From contig OX597823.1 in NCBI GenBank assembly GCA_951406725.2, forward strand, positions 44,020,001 to 44,084,000: a stretch of DNA of 64,000 bases, written 5' to 3'. Below are positions 40,925 through 53,785 of this stretch, piece by piece; positions within the stretch are counted from its first letter, which is position 1, and the number at the start of each line of letters is the position of its first letter. Origin of the DNA: Octopus vulgaris. Taxonomy: Eukaryota. The position numbers and the translations under genes were made by a program. Under the pieces are notes generated by a model, which saw only the letters and a list, made by a program, of their open reading frames with translations, did no database searches and was not told where the DNA came from.

Positions 40925-41112
40925 GTTATTTACTTGTTTCAGTCATTGGACTGCAGCCTTGGTGGAGTATCCGCTTTGAAGGGCTTAGTCGAACAAATCG
41001 ATGCCAGTGCTTAGTTTTAAAGTCTGGTCTTTTATTCTATCTGTCCTTTTTTCCGAACCACTAAGTTACGGATACATAAACACACCAATGCTGGTTGTCA
41101 ATACACACACGC

Positions 41113-41158
<46 letters not shown>

Positions 41159-41205
41159 AAAACAAAGTCAGAATAGAAAATGCGAAAATAATTTTATAAA
41201 AAACA

Positions 41206-41247
41206 TTTCAGTACCGGTTTCAGTCATTGAGACTTTTTCAACTGTAA
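41206..41247 (-). ncRNA. Hammerhead ribozyme variant with U3-A8 core
   Basis: Minus strand ttacag TTGAAAA agtc tcaat gact GAAA ccgg TA ctgaaa. Confidence 0.6.
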
Positions 41248-41406
41248 GTATGGAAGACAATTAAATTTTGGAAAAATTAAAAGAAAAGTTTTTTAAAGAA
41301 TATTTGCATAGTGTTCAAATACAAGTGGCATTTTCTTTGTTTCTGCCTGTCTCTGACTCTCTTGTTTATTCTTGTGAGTTCGAGGTCGTTGTGAATTCTT
41401 GGTAGG

Positions 41407-41571
41407 GAAGAAGAAGAAGAAGAAGAAGAAGAAGAAGAAGAAGAAGAAGAAGAAGAAGAAGAAGAAGAAGAAGAAGAAGAAGAAGAAGAAGAAGAAGAAG
41501 AAGAAGAAGAAGAAGAAGAAGAAGAAGAAGAAGAAGAAGAAGAAGAAGAAGAAGAAGAAGAAGAAGAAGAA
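41407..41571. repeat. (GAA)n microsatellite
   Basis: Direct reading. Confidence 0.95.
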
Positions 41572-41711
41572 TGTAGGAGTGCCACGACAGTAGTATGTTG
41601 ACTGGTCAGCTGCCCCGAAAATGACCCTTTGTGGATGGTAGTAGTGATTTAATTCCTGAATTTCTCTTTTGAATGTTTTGTTATAAAATTGGCGTAGGTG
41701 TTATATATATA

Positions 41712-42183
41712 TATGCTTTCGGTGCGAATGTTTCTTTATACGGCGCCGAGTTTACTATTCTGTAAATAATAATAATAGTATTCTTTATATAAGCCTTAAG
41801 CTTATGGCGATCACCGTGCAATGACTAAGGAAAATGGTCTAATAAAATCTATTATTTACAGGATTGTAAATTCGGCTCCGTATAAAAAACTATTCGCACC
41901 GAAAGCATATAGAAAGTTTGCTTACATAAAAACAAACACGAACTATTATAGTTCTTGAATTTGACAGAAATGGGGAGGCTGGTTCTCTGGTGTAAAGGTA
42001 ACGATCTAGTCGCGTTAACAAAGGGATGTGGGTTCGACTCCCACGCGGATAGGAAAGCCTTCTTTTTTCTGTTGAGGGCTTATATGCCCCTTTATTAGAC
42101 TATTTTCCTTAATCACTGAACGGTGATCGCTATAAGCTTTAAGCTTATATAAAAAAAAGTACCATTATTATTATTTACAGGAT
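41712..42183 (+). mobile_element. Terminally redundant ~330-bp unit preceded by an inverted partial copy, with internal tRNA-like cassette
   Basis: tattatttacaggat at both ends of 41850-42183; 41712-41846 is an inverted copy spanning the end-start junction. Confidence 0.75.
41981..42051 (+). promoter_or_regulatory. tRNA-like Pol III A/B-box cassette
   Basis: A box tggtgtaaagg, perfect T arm gtggg-ttcgact-cccac, T run at ~42063-42068; acceptor stem poor so not called a tRNA gene. Confidence 0.55.
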
Positions 42184-42376
42184 ATATATATATATATATA
42201 TATAATTGTATATATAAAAGAGGGCAACAAAATTATATATCCGTTGCATCGGAAATTTGCAATGACTTCATAACTACCATCTCGGTTATAACATTGGAGC
42301 CCTAGTAATCTGTTACAGCACTTAGCTAGCGTACCAAATGGTTTAGATCACCTGTGATCTAAACCCCCAAACTTTG

Positions 42377-42416
<40 letters not shown>

Positions 42417-42417
<1 letters not shown>

Positions 42418-43707
42418 GAGGGGCGTTCAATAAGTAATGCCCCTGACCCACTTCCCATACCAGTAGAGCAACGGAACTTGGCACAGTTATTGGTCTTTTT
42501 CTACATAGGAACCACTCAGAGTTACGCATTTCTTTCATTGTTTGATCCAGCTCTGGAGACCGTTTTTGTAAAAGACCCCAGCTTAGTCCTCCATCCACGA
42601 CGTGACTTTAGAAATCAAGGCTGCATCATCTGGGAAATGCTTTCCTTTCAAAATCAACTTCATGGCTGGGAAGAGGTGAAAATCAGAGGGTGCAAGGTCA
42701 GAAGAGTAGGGGGCATGGGAGAGGAGTTCATAGCCGCACGCCTGTGCTTCTGATCTGGCGACACGCGAGTTGTGGACCGGAGCGTTGTCCTGCAGGAGGA
42801 GGATGCCTTCGTTGATCTTGCCCCGCCTCTTGATTTTGATAGCTTCTCTTAATTTCCTCAAAAGTGAAGCATAATAGGCTCCTGTAATTGTGGTACCCTT
42901 TGCCAGGAAATCTGTCATCACTATTCCGTCCTGGTCCCAGAAGACTGTGAGCATGACCTTGCCAGCAGAGGGCTGCACCCTTGCCTTCTTTGGAGGAGGT
43001 GTGTCACGGTGCTTCCACTGCATTGACTGGGCTTTGGTCTCTGGATCATAGTGATGGACCCAGGTTTCATCCTGTATAATCAGTCTTTTGAAAAAGTTTG
43101 ACTCATCTTCATGGTAGTCTCCAAATTAATCCTCGAGCACTCGACGCGTTCTTGCTTCTGGAAAGGTGGGAGCAACCTGGGAATCCAACTGGCAGACACC
43201 TTTTGCATATGCAAATGGTCATGAATGATAGTTTCCACTGACCCGGTACTAATCTTGACCTCATGGGCTATTTGGCGAATAGTTATGCGTCGATCTTCCA
43301 AAATGGCAGCCTCAACTTGACGGACAGATGCCTCATCAATGGCAGAAGGGGGCGACCAGATCTGGGAGCTGTTTCCACAGAGTTCCGACCATTTTTGAAT
43401 TCACGATGCCAGCGTTTTACAAGGTCATATGATGGGGCATCATCACCATAAGTTACTTTTATTTCATCAAAAGTCTCCCGTGGTGTGCGTCCTTTCAAAT
43501 ACAAAAACCGGATCACTGCTCGATACTCAACAGACTCCATTTCACACTTGACTCAGTTCAAACACCTGTGGATCAGAAACCATAATTAGTTCAGAGCTGT
43601 AATTTGCTACCTAATCTATACAGATATAAGTAATTGCACATGCAAAATTTCAACTAGATCAAACACCTGGAAGTGGGTCAGAAGCATTACTTATTGAACG
43701 TCCCTCG
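42417..43707 (-). mobile_element. Mariner DNA transposon, family A, second full-length copy
   Basis: Same TIRs and transposase as 6247-7535; frameshifted ORFs 43283-43540, 43080-43301, 42583-43023. Confidence 0.97.
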
Positions 43708-44649
43708 TATATATACACACACGAAGGGTTTCTTTCAGTTTCTTTCAACCAAATCCACTTGCGAGACATTGGTCGGCCAAGAGCTACAGTAGAAGGTACT
43801 TACCCAAGGTGCCATGCAGTAGTACTGAACCCGAAACCATGTAGTTGGGAAGCAAACTTCTTACCACACAGCCATGCCTGCACCATATGTAAATTATTGA
43901 TTTCTAACTTCGATCCCTTAACACAGATTTAGAGATAGGTAAGAAGCAATTTCGATTAAATCGACTCCAATATTCTGCTGATACCGTTTTATCGATCTCT
44001 AAAAGATAAAAGACCAACACAACAGTATTGGGAAATTGAACTCAGAACGTAAAATCAACAAAAACGGGATACCACTGCAAGAAAGTATCTTCTTATAGAC
44101 GTTTCTAAATATTGATTTTTATCGTTCGTGCAACGCCATAAATATCTTTGAGGGCCTGGTGTGGTATTGGTGGGGGTACAATTGATAAAATTGATCTCAA
44201 TATGTTTACTGGTACTTATCATATCGATCTGGGGAGGGATGAAAAGCCAAGTCTACCAAGACAGGATTTTACATCTGAAAGTTAAAGGATATAATTAAAC
44301 TTCAAGGAATTTGGTCTGACGCTGCTTTACCAATTCTGTGATTCTCCACCGCCCTTTACATTTGCACATATTAAATGTAAGCATGAATATGAATTAGGTA
44401 CAACATCGATATTTTCAGGGACCGTTGTTTCCAAAGCCATTCCAGATTACTGATTTTTCCGAACAAAACGTGGTCACATTCTAAATTAAAGAAATATTAA
44501 ATTTACTTAATCACTTAATTCCCAACCACATGGTTCCGGATTCAGTGGCACTTTGGGCAAGTGTCTTCTCCTGTAGCCACGGGCTAATAGCCTTATGAGT
44601 GGAATTGATAGACGGAATCTGAAAGAAGCCTGTCGTATACATATGTATG

Positions 44650-44693
<44 letters not shown>

Positions 44694-44793
44694 AATGTTA
44701 AATTTCTAAATCTCACCACCCTATATATATACATATATATATACATATATATACATATATATACCCTTCCCAGATCCATATAAGTACCATATG

Positions 44794-44876
<83 letters not shown>

Positions 44877-45734
44877 ATGAGTGCGTACTTTTGTGCCTGT
44901 ATTTGTTCCCCCGCAATCGCTTGACAACTAATGCTGGTTCAAATGAGTTCCAGCCGTTACTATCACATCATTCATTTTTTCAGACCCTATGTATATAGGC
45001 TTACATCATACCGATATGTTGTATCATAACATTTATTAAAACATTATGGCATGATTTAAAGGATATTTTGCTTCTACTTCTAACAGATCGATCGAGAGAC
45101 CAAGAAGCTCCGTCATGTGCCATCCATAGAAACTGGTGATAGCCGTGGTGCAAAAGGAATACTTTGGAAAAGCTACAATTTAGTTTCTTTTTCCAGTTAA
45201 AGTTATTTCACCAATATGCTTCGGAGAGTCAAACACTTCACACTTCCTATTTCTCTTTGTAATATTGGATATTTCTAAGGTGGCGAGCTGGCAGAATCAT
45301 TACCGCACCGAACAAAATGCTTGGTGGAACTTCGTCTGTCTTTACGCTCTGAGTTTAAATACTGCTGGGGTCGACTTTGCCTTTCATCCTTTCGGGATCG
45401 ATAAAATAAGTACTAGTTGAACATTGGGGTCGATGTAATTGCTGGACTTGCACCAAAATTTGGATATTTCTGTCGAATCAATAATAACAGACCTATATAC
45501 AAAACTTTTTTGAGTTGTTTCAGAAGATTTATATTGTATCAACGAAGATGCATGCATGTCCTGAAGTCAAAAGACTTAGCTCTCCGTTCCTTTCTTCAAC
45601 ATTGGTCCAAACAAAAAATTAATGAGTTCCTTGTTTAAAACGCGATCAAGCAGTTTCTGCTTCGCATAGCCGTAACATACACCTCACATATCTGACAAAG
45701 TATGCCTAGTAGCCCACACACATTCTACATACTA

Positions 45735-45989
45735 CGAGGAGCGTTCAATAAGTAATGCCCCTGACCCACTTCCCATAGCAGTAGAGCAACGACACTTGGC
45801 ACAGTTATTAGTCTTTTCCTACATAGGAACTACCCAGAGTTATGCACCTGTAAATCAGAAACCACAATTAGTTCAGAGCTGTAATTCGCCACTTAATCTA
45901 TAGAGGTATAAATAAGTGTACATGCAAAATTTCAGCTAGATCAAACAACTGTAAGTGGGTCAGGGGCATTACTTATTGAACGCCCCTCG
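45735..45989 (-). mobile_element. 255-bp MITE: internal deletion derivative of mariner family A
   Basis: Both family A ends joined at ...gagttatgca|cctgtaaatc; TA on both sides. Confidence 0.95.
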
Positions 45990-46198
45990 TATAGACAGGG
46001 TACTTAGCACTCGTTAATCTGTTTTTACCAAGAATTTGCAAGATGGTAGGGTCAGTGTTTACCCTACCCTTCTGCTGAAGGAACGCGTTAATTCAGTTAG
46101 ATTTGTGAGTTTTATGGGAGAGGTTTGTGAAATTTGTGAGGAGACAGGTGCAAACTGAGTATAAAATGAAGATGAAATAGAGTGAAGATGTTACAGAG

Positions 46199-46369
46199 TT
46201 ATTTTTGTGTGTATTCATATTTAATAATCAATTATTAAAAGTATTTTTATTTACAATTTCTAGAGTAATAGATATAAATGGGTGATTTGTTCCACAAATC
46301 TCAGAACATTGTCCATAATATAATCCAGGACGATTAGAATCTAGGTTTAATTGATTAAGTCGTCCTGTA
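46199..46369 (-). pseudogene. cox2: NUMT: 3' end of mitochondrial cytochrome c oxidase subunit II
   Basis: Invertebrate mito code gives [54 protein letters not shown] (CuA motif CSEICG). Confidence 0.92.
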
Positions 46370-46710
46370 TTATATTGATGCCAGTTTCATTTTCTTTTAA
46401 TTTTTTGGTTATTATATTTATATATTTCATTTTGAATAATTGTTGTTATATTATCTCATGGCAAATTTTTAATGTTATAAGGTTGTTTGTTAAATTAGAT
46501 ATTTTATTTGATTGGGTAGGTTGTAGTTTTAGAAGATTAATTTGTTTGATTTCTAGATCGGTGTGTATTTTTAGGCTTTGATTTATGACGGGAGATGTTA
46601 ATATTAAGCGATTTATAATAGTATTGATATTATTTGTTTTGTCTATAATTTTTTTTGATTTTTATTCCTGGGTTTCTTAGTTTAATTTTAGAGTGAGATG
46701 AATTAGGATA
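46370..46710 (+). pseudogene. nad5: NUMT: 5' part of mitochondrial NADH dehydrogenase subunit 5
   Basis: Mito code gives LFDWVGCSFSSLICLISSSVCIFSLWFMTGDVNIKRF..LFVLSM..(frameshift)LIFIPGFLSLILEWDELG, matching ND5 ...LLGWDGLG. Confidence 0.8.
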
Positions 46711-46987
46711 CGAGAGAATTAAAGTTGGTAGTATCAGCAAAGGAAGACGCAAGGAGAGCAAGTGATAGCAAAAAAATTCATGTAAATGAACACTGGAAGT
46801 TAGCATTCAGTCATGGGTTTTTTTTTATATGGTCCACGATATAAATCTTAGGAATGTAGGGGCTCTGGATAAAAAATAGTACCTCTGGTGCTTCGTACGC
46901 CGCTCACCTACCTGGTAGGAGTGTAAACATCGCTGGCTCTTACTCATCCTCTAAATCTGATTCCAAGTACCCCACTCCGGTACAATG

Positions 46988-47285
46988 TGGAGGCACATAG
47001 CCTAGTGGTTAGAGCAGCGGACTCGCGGTCGAGGGATCACGGGTTCGAATCTCAGACCGGGCGATGTGTGTGTTTATGAGCGAAACACCTAAGCTCCACA
47101 CGGCTCCGGCAGAAGGTAATGGCGAACCTCTGCTGACTCTTTCGCCACAACTTTCTCTCACTCTTTTCTCCAGCATCTTGTAGCTCACCTGCGACGGACC
47201 GGCGTCCCATCCAGGTGGGGAACCTATACGCCAAGGAAACTGGGAAACCGGCCCTATGAGCCAGACGTGGCTCGAGAAGGAACAA
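46988..47285 (+). mobile_element. Full-length tRNA(Arg-like) SINE, tail type B, 14-bp TSD
   Basis: A box tagcctagtgg, B box ggttcgaatc; TSD actccggtacaatg at 46974-46987 and 47286-47299. Confidence 0.93.
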
Positions 47286-47948
47286 ACTCCGGTACAATGC
47301 CTTAGTAGGTTGGTTAAAGCTCATGAGTGGGGTGATACTGAACCACTAGACAGGTGAAGGAGCCGCAGCAACGGCCAACAGCAAGAGTGGAGAACTGTCA
47401 AGATGACCAGCTGCCTGGTACCCATGACTGAAGACGACCTTCGTAGACCTCCGCCAGTAGTCAACAGGGACAGCTCCACTTACAGGCCTTAACGCAACTT
47501 CTGTCGCCCTTTTATGCAACAGGTAAAACAAACAGTTAACATTCTTATAAATAAGACATAAAACGTGAGCTGATATTTATCTGTTTCAGAGATCGAATTA
47601 TGATAAAACTATCTTAGTATTTCATTGATTAGAATGTAAATAATATGGCTCGTCTCCATATTTCAACTTACCGGCGAAAATATTCCGTTAAAAATATCCC
47701 AATCAAATAAATCTCGTTAGAGACCCGAAACAGAATATTTCTTTGCTTAGCTAAATCTTTATTACGTATAACAACTTTTTAATAAGGAATTCTTAACTCT
47801 AGTTAGATATTCAGGTTTAAACATTGGCACCATTTTGAAAAGTCTCGTCAGGAACTTTGAACAACGGTAATCAAATTTTGTTACTTATTTCGTGGGTGGG
47901 TGGATTTCTTTTTGTTTGGGAGTTTGTTTTATGTGTGTGCGCGCGTGC

Positions 47949-48017
<69 letters not shown>

Positions 48018-48712
48018 TGCGTACGTGTGTATGTGTCTGGCTTGTGTATGAGTGTAATTAAGACGTTGGAAGCTACTAGCCTTTCCCATTATTTCAGTAC
48101 TGCTATTAGTTTATACACACACATACACACGCACACATACATACATACATACATACATACATACATACATACATACATACATGCCTACATACATACGTAT
48201 ATACGTTGTAGGTGCACTATGGCTGAATAATTAAAATGTATGTGTGCTTATGTATATGTGTGCATATGTATATGTGTGAATACGTATGCACAAGCACATA
48301 CAAATACACACACACACTCATGCATACGCACTCATAAATACAAGACTACATACATATAAACAAGCACACATGCATACAAATATACATACATACGTACTAG
48401 CATTGTAGTTGAACTCGCAGCGAAGAGAGGTTAAATAAATATAAGGTGTTTTATCCGTTGTTATAATGCTTGTCGATTCACCACCGTGATATGAGTGTGT
48501 GTGTATGCGTGCGCGCGTGTGTGTGTATGCGTGCGCGCGCGTGTGTGTATGCATGCGCGTTGTGTGTGTATGCGTGCATGTGCATGTGTGTGTGTGTGTG
48601 TGTGTGCGTACGAGCGGATGTGTCTGTGTGTGTATGCATGTATGTAGTTTTGTATGTATGTACTGATGTTCCGATGCATATATGTGTGTGCTTGTATACA
48701 TATATGTATGTG

Positions 48713-48750
<38 letters not shown>

Positions 48751-48783
48751 AGTGTATAATAGTATGTAATATATGTGTAAATG

Positions 48784-48819
<36 letters not shown>

Positions 48820-48822
<3 letters not shown>

Positions 48823-49226
48823 TCTTTTACTCTTTACTCTTTTACTTGTTTCAGTCATTTGACTGCGGCCATGCTGGAGCACCGCCTTTTAATCGAGCAA
48901 CTCGACCCCAGGACTTATTCTTTTTGTAAGCCCAGTACTTATTCTATCGGTCTCTTTTGCCGAACCGTTAAGTAACGGGGACATAAACACACCAGCACCG
49001 GTTGTCAAGCAATGTTAGGGGACAAAAACAGAGACACAAACACACACATGCATACATATATATACATATATACGACGAGCTTCTTTCAGTTTCCGTCTAC
49101 CAAATCCACTCACAAGGCTTTGGTCGGCCCAAGGCTATAGTAAGACACTTGCCCAAGGTGCCACACAGTGGGACTGAACCCGGAACCATGTGGTTGGTAA
49201 ACAAGCTACTTACCACACAGCCACTC
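48820..49226 (-). mobile_element. Full-length tRNA-derived SINE with internal (TA)/(TG) microsatellite and (AGAGTAA)n tail
   Basis: Head ggctgtgtggtaagtagcttg..gggttcagtccc, CORE-like accttgggcaagtg, many partial copies elsewhere in the window. Confidence 0.9.
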
Positions 49227-49505
49227 CATGTATATAAATACATAATATATAAATTCATATATATATATATATGTATATATATATACGCATGTGCGTGTGT
49301 GTGTGTATTGCAAGATATGTATGTGCATGTATATGTACATTCATAGATACATAAATACACGTATATACAGGAGATTAACATAGATATTGCGAGAAAATTT
49401 TTTTTCTCGATATCTGCATAATACTTCTAAATCTTATTAATTTATTCACCTGGTTTCTCGTACAAAATTATATACATATATCTAATATACGTTACGTAGG
49501 TACGT

Positions 49506-49604
<99 letters not shown>

Positions 49605-50271
49605 GGAGTGGATAACACTATTGTTGCTTCTGCTGGCTTTCTGTAATGCAATCTTGTGCTGACTCTCATTTACACCAGCAGAATTTATGCGATTTTCTCT
49701 TGCACTTGGTTCGTGTATGAATCGTTTATCCAATTCAGCCCCGACCTTTTTTTTTTATATCTTTCTTTTTAGCAGGCTCCATTTCGTGTATATACTTCAT
49801 TTATCGCACTTTCTATGGCAGTATCTCGATCATATTTACAACTATTTATCCTATCTCCCATTCAATAGAAAATACGAATAAACAAGCTGTCAATCGCTGG
49901 AAAGCGAAGTTAGAAAGAGAGAGTATTTAAATTTGATAAGTCCGCCATGTTTACAATGAAGCTCCGAAAGAAGAGTTCCATTAATAATATTAGGTTGCTT
50001 GGCGGCCAACAGAAAGTTAATTTAGACAAGATCAAGCGTTGCATATCGATATTAAATAAAGACTAGATGTAAAACTCCCTTTGAGAATAAGAAAACCTCT
50101 TCTATCTAAATTAAGCAGACATTCTGACAGAGATGAAATTACCGAGGAAATTGTTTCTTAGAAATTTCTAGAGTTTAACGAAAATAAAAAAAAAGAGAAA
50201 GAGAGATGACAAAATCGTAAGAGAAAAATTGGAAGGAAGAAAAATTGCATATAAGCATATAATATTCGTTG

Positions 50272-50317
<46 letters not shown>

Positions 50318-50610
50318 GATATTTTTGCTGTTGTCGTTCTTATATGTCTTTAAACATTCTAGAAAAAGTATCTGGCACAGGTAAATATTTGTAAAGGGAA
50401 ACACTAGAGAATAGCCTTTATTTAAAAACAAAACGTCGTTAACATCAATTAAGGTGGAAATTGGAGCACAGAAGTAAAGGCTATTGAAAAACATGCATGA
50501 AAAAGAAATGCGTTTTTTCAGTAATATCTACAAATCTAAGGTTTCCGTCAGTTACGTTTGACTATTTATCTGAACTTTATATGCGCAGGCTCGGACAAGG
50601 TTGACTGTTT

Positions 50611-50678
<68 letters not shown>

Positions 50679-51250
50679 GATGTCTGTGTGAGCGTGTGAG
50701 TGTGTTAGTGTGTGTGTGTGTGTAGGTATGTGTATGTGGGCAAGTGTATGTGTATATGTGTCTGTGTCTGTGCGTAGATGGGTGTGCGAGTGTGAGTGTG
50801 TGTGCATGTGCGTAGGTGTGTGTATGTGTGCGCGCGCTCGTTTCTGCTTATCTGGGAAACAATTGGTAATATCCTTGCATACAAGTTTGCCTCTTTTCCA
50901 AGTTTCCTCTGCACGTCACCGATGTTTAGCCAAGGGAAAGGTCGCCGACTTGGGCCGATAGTTTGGCGCTAGTGTCGTCGTAAGTGTTGCTGTTACAACA
51001 CAGAATCTGGATCAAATACCGCAAGGTATCATTTTCAGTTCTCTAACACTTCGATCAATCCACTTCCTTGGATTCGTGCATTTTTATCGACCCCCAAAAT
51101 TATGAATTGGAAGGTTGACCGGCTTTGTGGGGCTTTGTCGGCCTTTTCAGTGCACGTCCAGGAACCCAACAACATGATCAACCGAGAATTCGTCGCCTCT
51201 GATACAGGAGAACATGAATAAAACATTCATTGTTGTTGCAAATAGCCCAG

Positions 51251-51287
<37 letters not shown>

Positions 51288-51893
51288 ACAACAACAATAT
51301 AATAAATAAAACATATGCATACATACATACACACATACATACATACATACATACATACATACATACATACATACATACATACATACATACATCTATATGT
51401 ATATATACATGCATATATGAGTACAGGACACAACAAATAAACGTAGAACACAACGAGAAACGAAAACATAAAACCAAACAAGGAAACGGACTTTTTTTAA
51501 CAACGAAAAACTAGAGTACAAGACAACCAACACAAGGAACATTCCCCTTCTTCAGCTGCCCCTGTTTCGACTCAATGCATGTTTCGAAGCTATATATATA
51601 CATATATATAGCTGCCGGCTATACAATATATATAGGTTTATATCTTTCTTTCTATCTATCTATCTATATGTCTGTCTGTATGTTTGTCTATCTATTTGTC
51701 TATCTATCTGTCTGTATGCCTGTCTGCCTCTCTCTCACTCTCCTTGTATGTATGTATGTATGTATGTATGTATGTATGTATGTATGTATGTATGTATGTA
51801 TGCCAATGTATGTATGTATCTATCTATCTATATATATGTATGTGAATGTCTGTGTGTTTGTGTACGTGTATATTAACATATTTACAAAGATAG

Positions 51894-51894
<1 letters not shown>

Positions 51895-51990
<96 letters not shown>
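51895..51990. repeat. (GATA)n microsatellite
   Basis: Direct reading; another at ~53725-53785. Confidence 0.95.
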
Positions 51991-52479
51991 TAATATATGC
52001 TTCCCATGTTTGGTACAACACTACCGATCAAATCCGGTGCTGTGTTGTCAAAAAGGTAACTTAGCCACTTAACGAATGTAAGATCGTTAAAATAACTACC
52101 AAGTTGATATATATACTGGAGCCAATATGTTGGATTAAAGCCCTCCAAAATGGTGCACCAGCAGGGGCGCACTCATTGACTGAAACCAGTAAGAGGCAAA
52201 AGAATAAAAGAACACAAGAATGTATCTTCTAAACTTTGGAAACTAGAATCTGTTCATAAAGAAAAGACAGCATTAATAGAATGAATAACGAACAAATCTA
52301 ATAAATTGATCAGGGATGAAACAGGAGAATAAAATGTTTATACAAAATGCCTTCAAGTCCAAATAAATTAAACAGATGGTAAAAGTAAAGAGAAGATGAA
52401 TATCCTGGATTATGATAAGTTATGTGTAATGATCTTTCGGAGATCTTTCGAAATTAGTACATATAATATTGCTATCTTC

Positions 52480-52750
52480 AGTTCATTTTTTGTGCCTATC
52501 TTCATTTGTGGTCATGAATGTTGAATAATGACTGAAAGAGTACGATCGCGAATACAAGCCGCCGAAATAGTACTTCCTCCAAAAAGATCTCCGGCAAACT
52601 TACTCGACAGTGTACGTAGTGTAAGAGATCGGGGAATTTATTCAGGTTGAGCCGCTACTTCTCTGCATTGAGAATCTACAGCTCCAGTACTGCGGATATG
52701 TGATTAGAATATCGCAGGAAAGAATTGCAAGACGTATACCTTCAGTCTGA
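52480..52750 (+). mobile_element. Degraded RTE-clade LINE fragment
   Basis: PIFICGHEC*IMTERVRSRIQAAE.. resembles the RTE PxLTYGHExWxMTER..IQAAEM motif. Confidence 0.65.
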
Positions 52751-53723
52751 GAGCTAAACTGCCATATATTTTGATCCTGTAGATGTGGGCTTCCTCCATT
52801 CTGCTTTCATATGGCAACAATGAGTTCAGTTACTTGTTTTGATGAAAGTTTATAGCGGATAAGAAATAGGGGATTTTTTCCTATCAGTTAACATGGAATA
52901 AAAAATAGTGTGTCTGATTCACTGAGAGCATATCTCTAATTTGATAGCGCAAACTACCTTCTTTCTTTTGTAGTTTCTTTCCAATAAGAGTGAATAGAAA
53001 ATAAGTAAAAATAAAACTAATCGGACGTTGCTTATTTCTCATATAACAACGAAATGACATTACGAAAACATTGTTGTTAAAACAGAGACGCGATAACTAT
53101 TGGAACTGTGTGGTTTAGTTTTCTTCTAGTAAACCCCTTCTTAATGTCACAACTGTCTTCCATTAAATAACATGACAACAGAGATGCAGATTCTTGATCT
53201 TGTTCTCTTTTGTTTTTCTTTTCTTTTTTTTTCTATTTACCGTGTCAGATTTATGACGTACAATTCTATAACATTAATAGGCTTGCCATTCTGGGTAGAA
53301 TTAACGATTATCTTGGAAGTAGCTGAAGCTGTTGCAGGCGATATCCTAACGTGGCCAGACAGCTGCCACTAACAGCAAATAATGCAGTTCTTGGTTGAGA
53401 TAGTTATACATGCAACAACAAAAGCTCTATCTTTCAACACAAATGAGATTGCCAACTAGACAGACATCACAGGATACTTAACTGAAGTATATATCTGACT
53501 GAAAACGAGAGCGATACGTGCCTTAAGATGATCTGCAATACAGCATTTATTACTCAAAACACACAAAAGGAACAATATCCGCCAAACCGAAACCACCAAC
53601 TCTGAGATACTATCCTAATCCTCAGCCCCACAACAAACCCTTTGATAAATACACGGAACGTTCAGAATAGGATCTCTAGGTAATATATATAAAACTAAAG
53701 GACAGTCCCATTCTAGCACCCAT

Positions 53724-53785
<62 letters not shown>

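Larger units (their letters stand above)
40920..43880 (-). mobile_element. Microsatellite-containing SINE split by ~2.6 kb of nested insertions
   Basis: 3' half 40920-41110 and 5' half 43710-43880 correspond to the two halves of the intact copy at 48820-49226. Confidence 0.7.

Noticed and set aside
47427-47450. CTGAAGA core followed by short hairpin
   Set aside because: No GAAA or stem III downstream
49938-49953. ccgccatgttt YY1/Kozak-like motif as a gene start
   Set aside because: Reading frames from the ATG on either strand close quickly; a single short motif is insufficient
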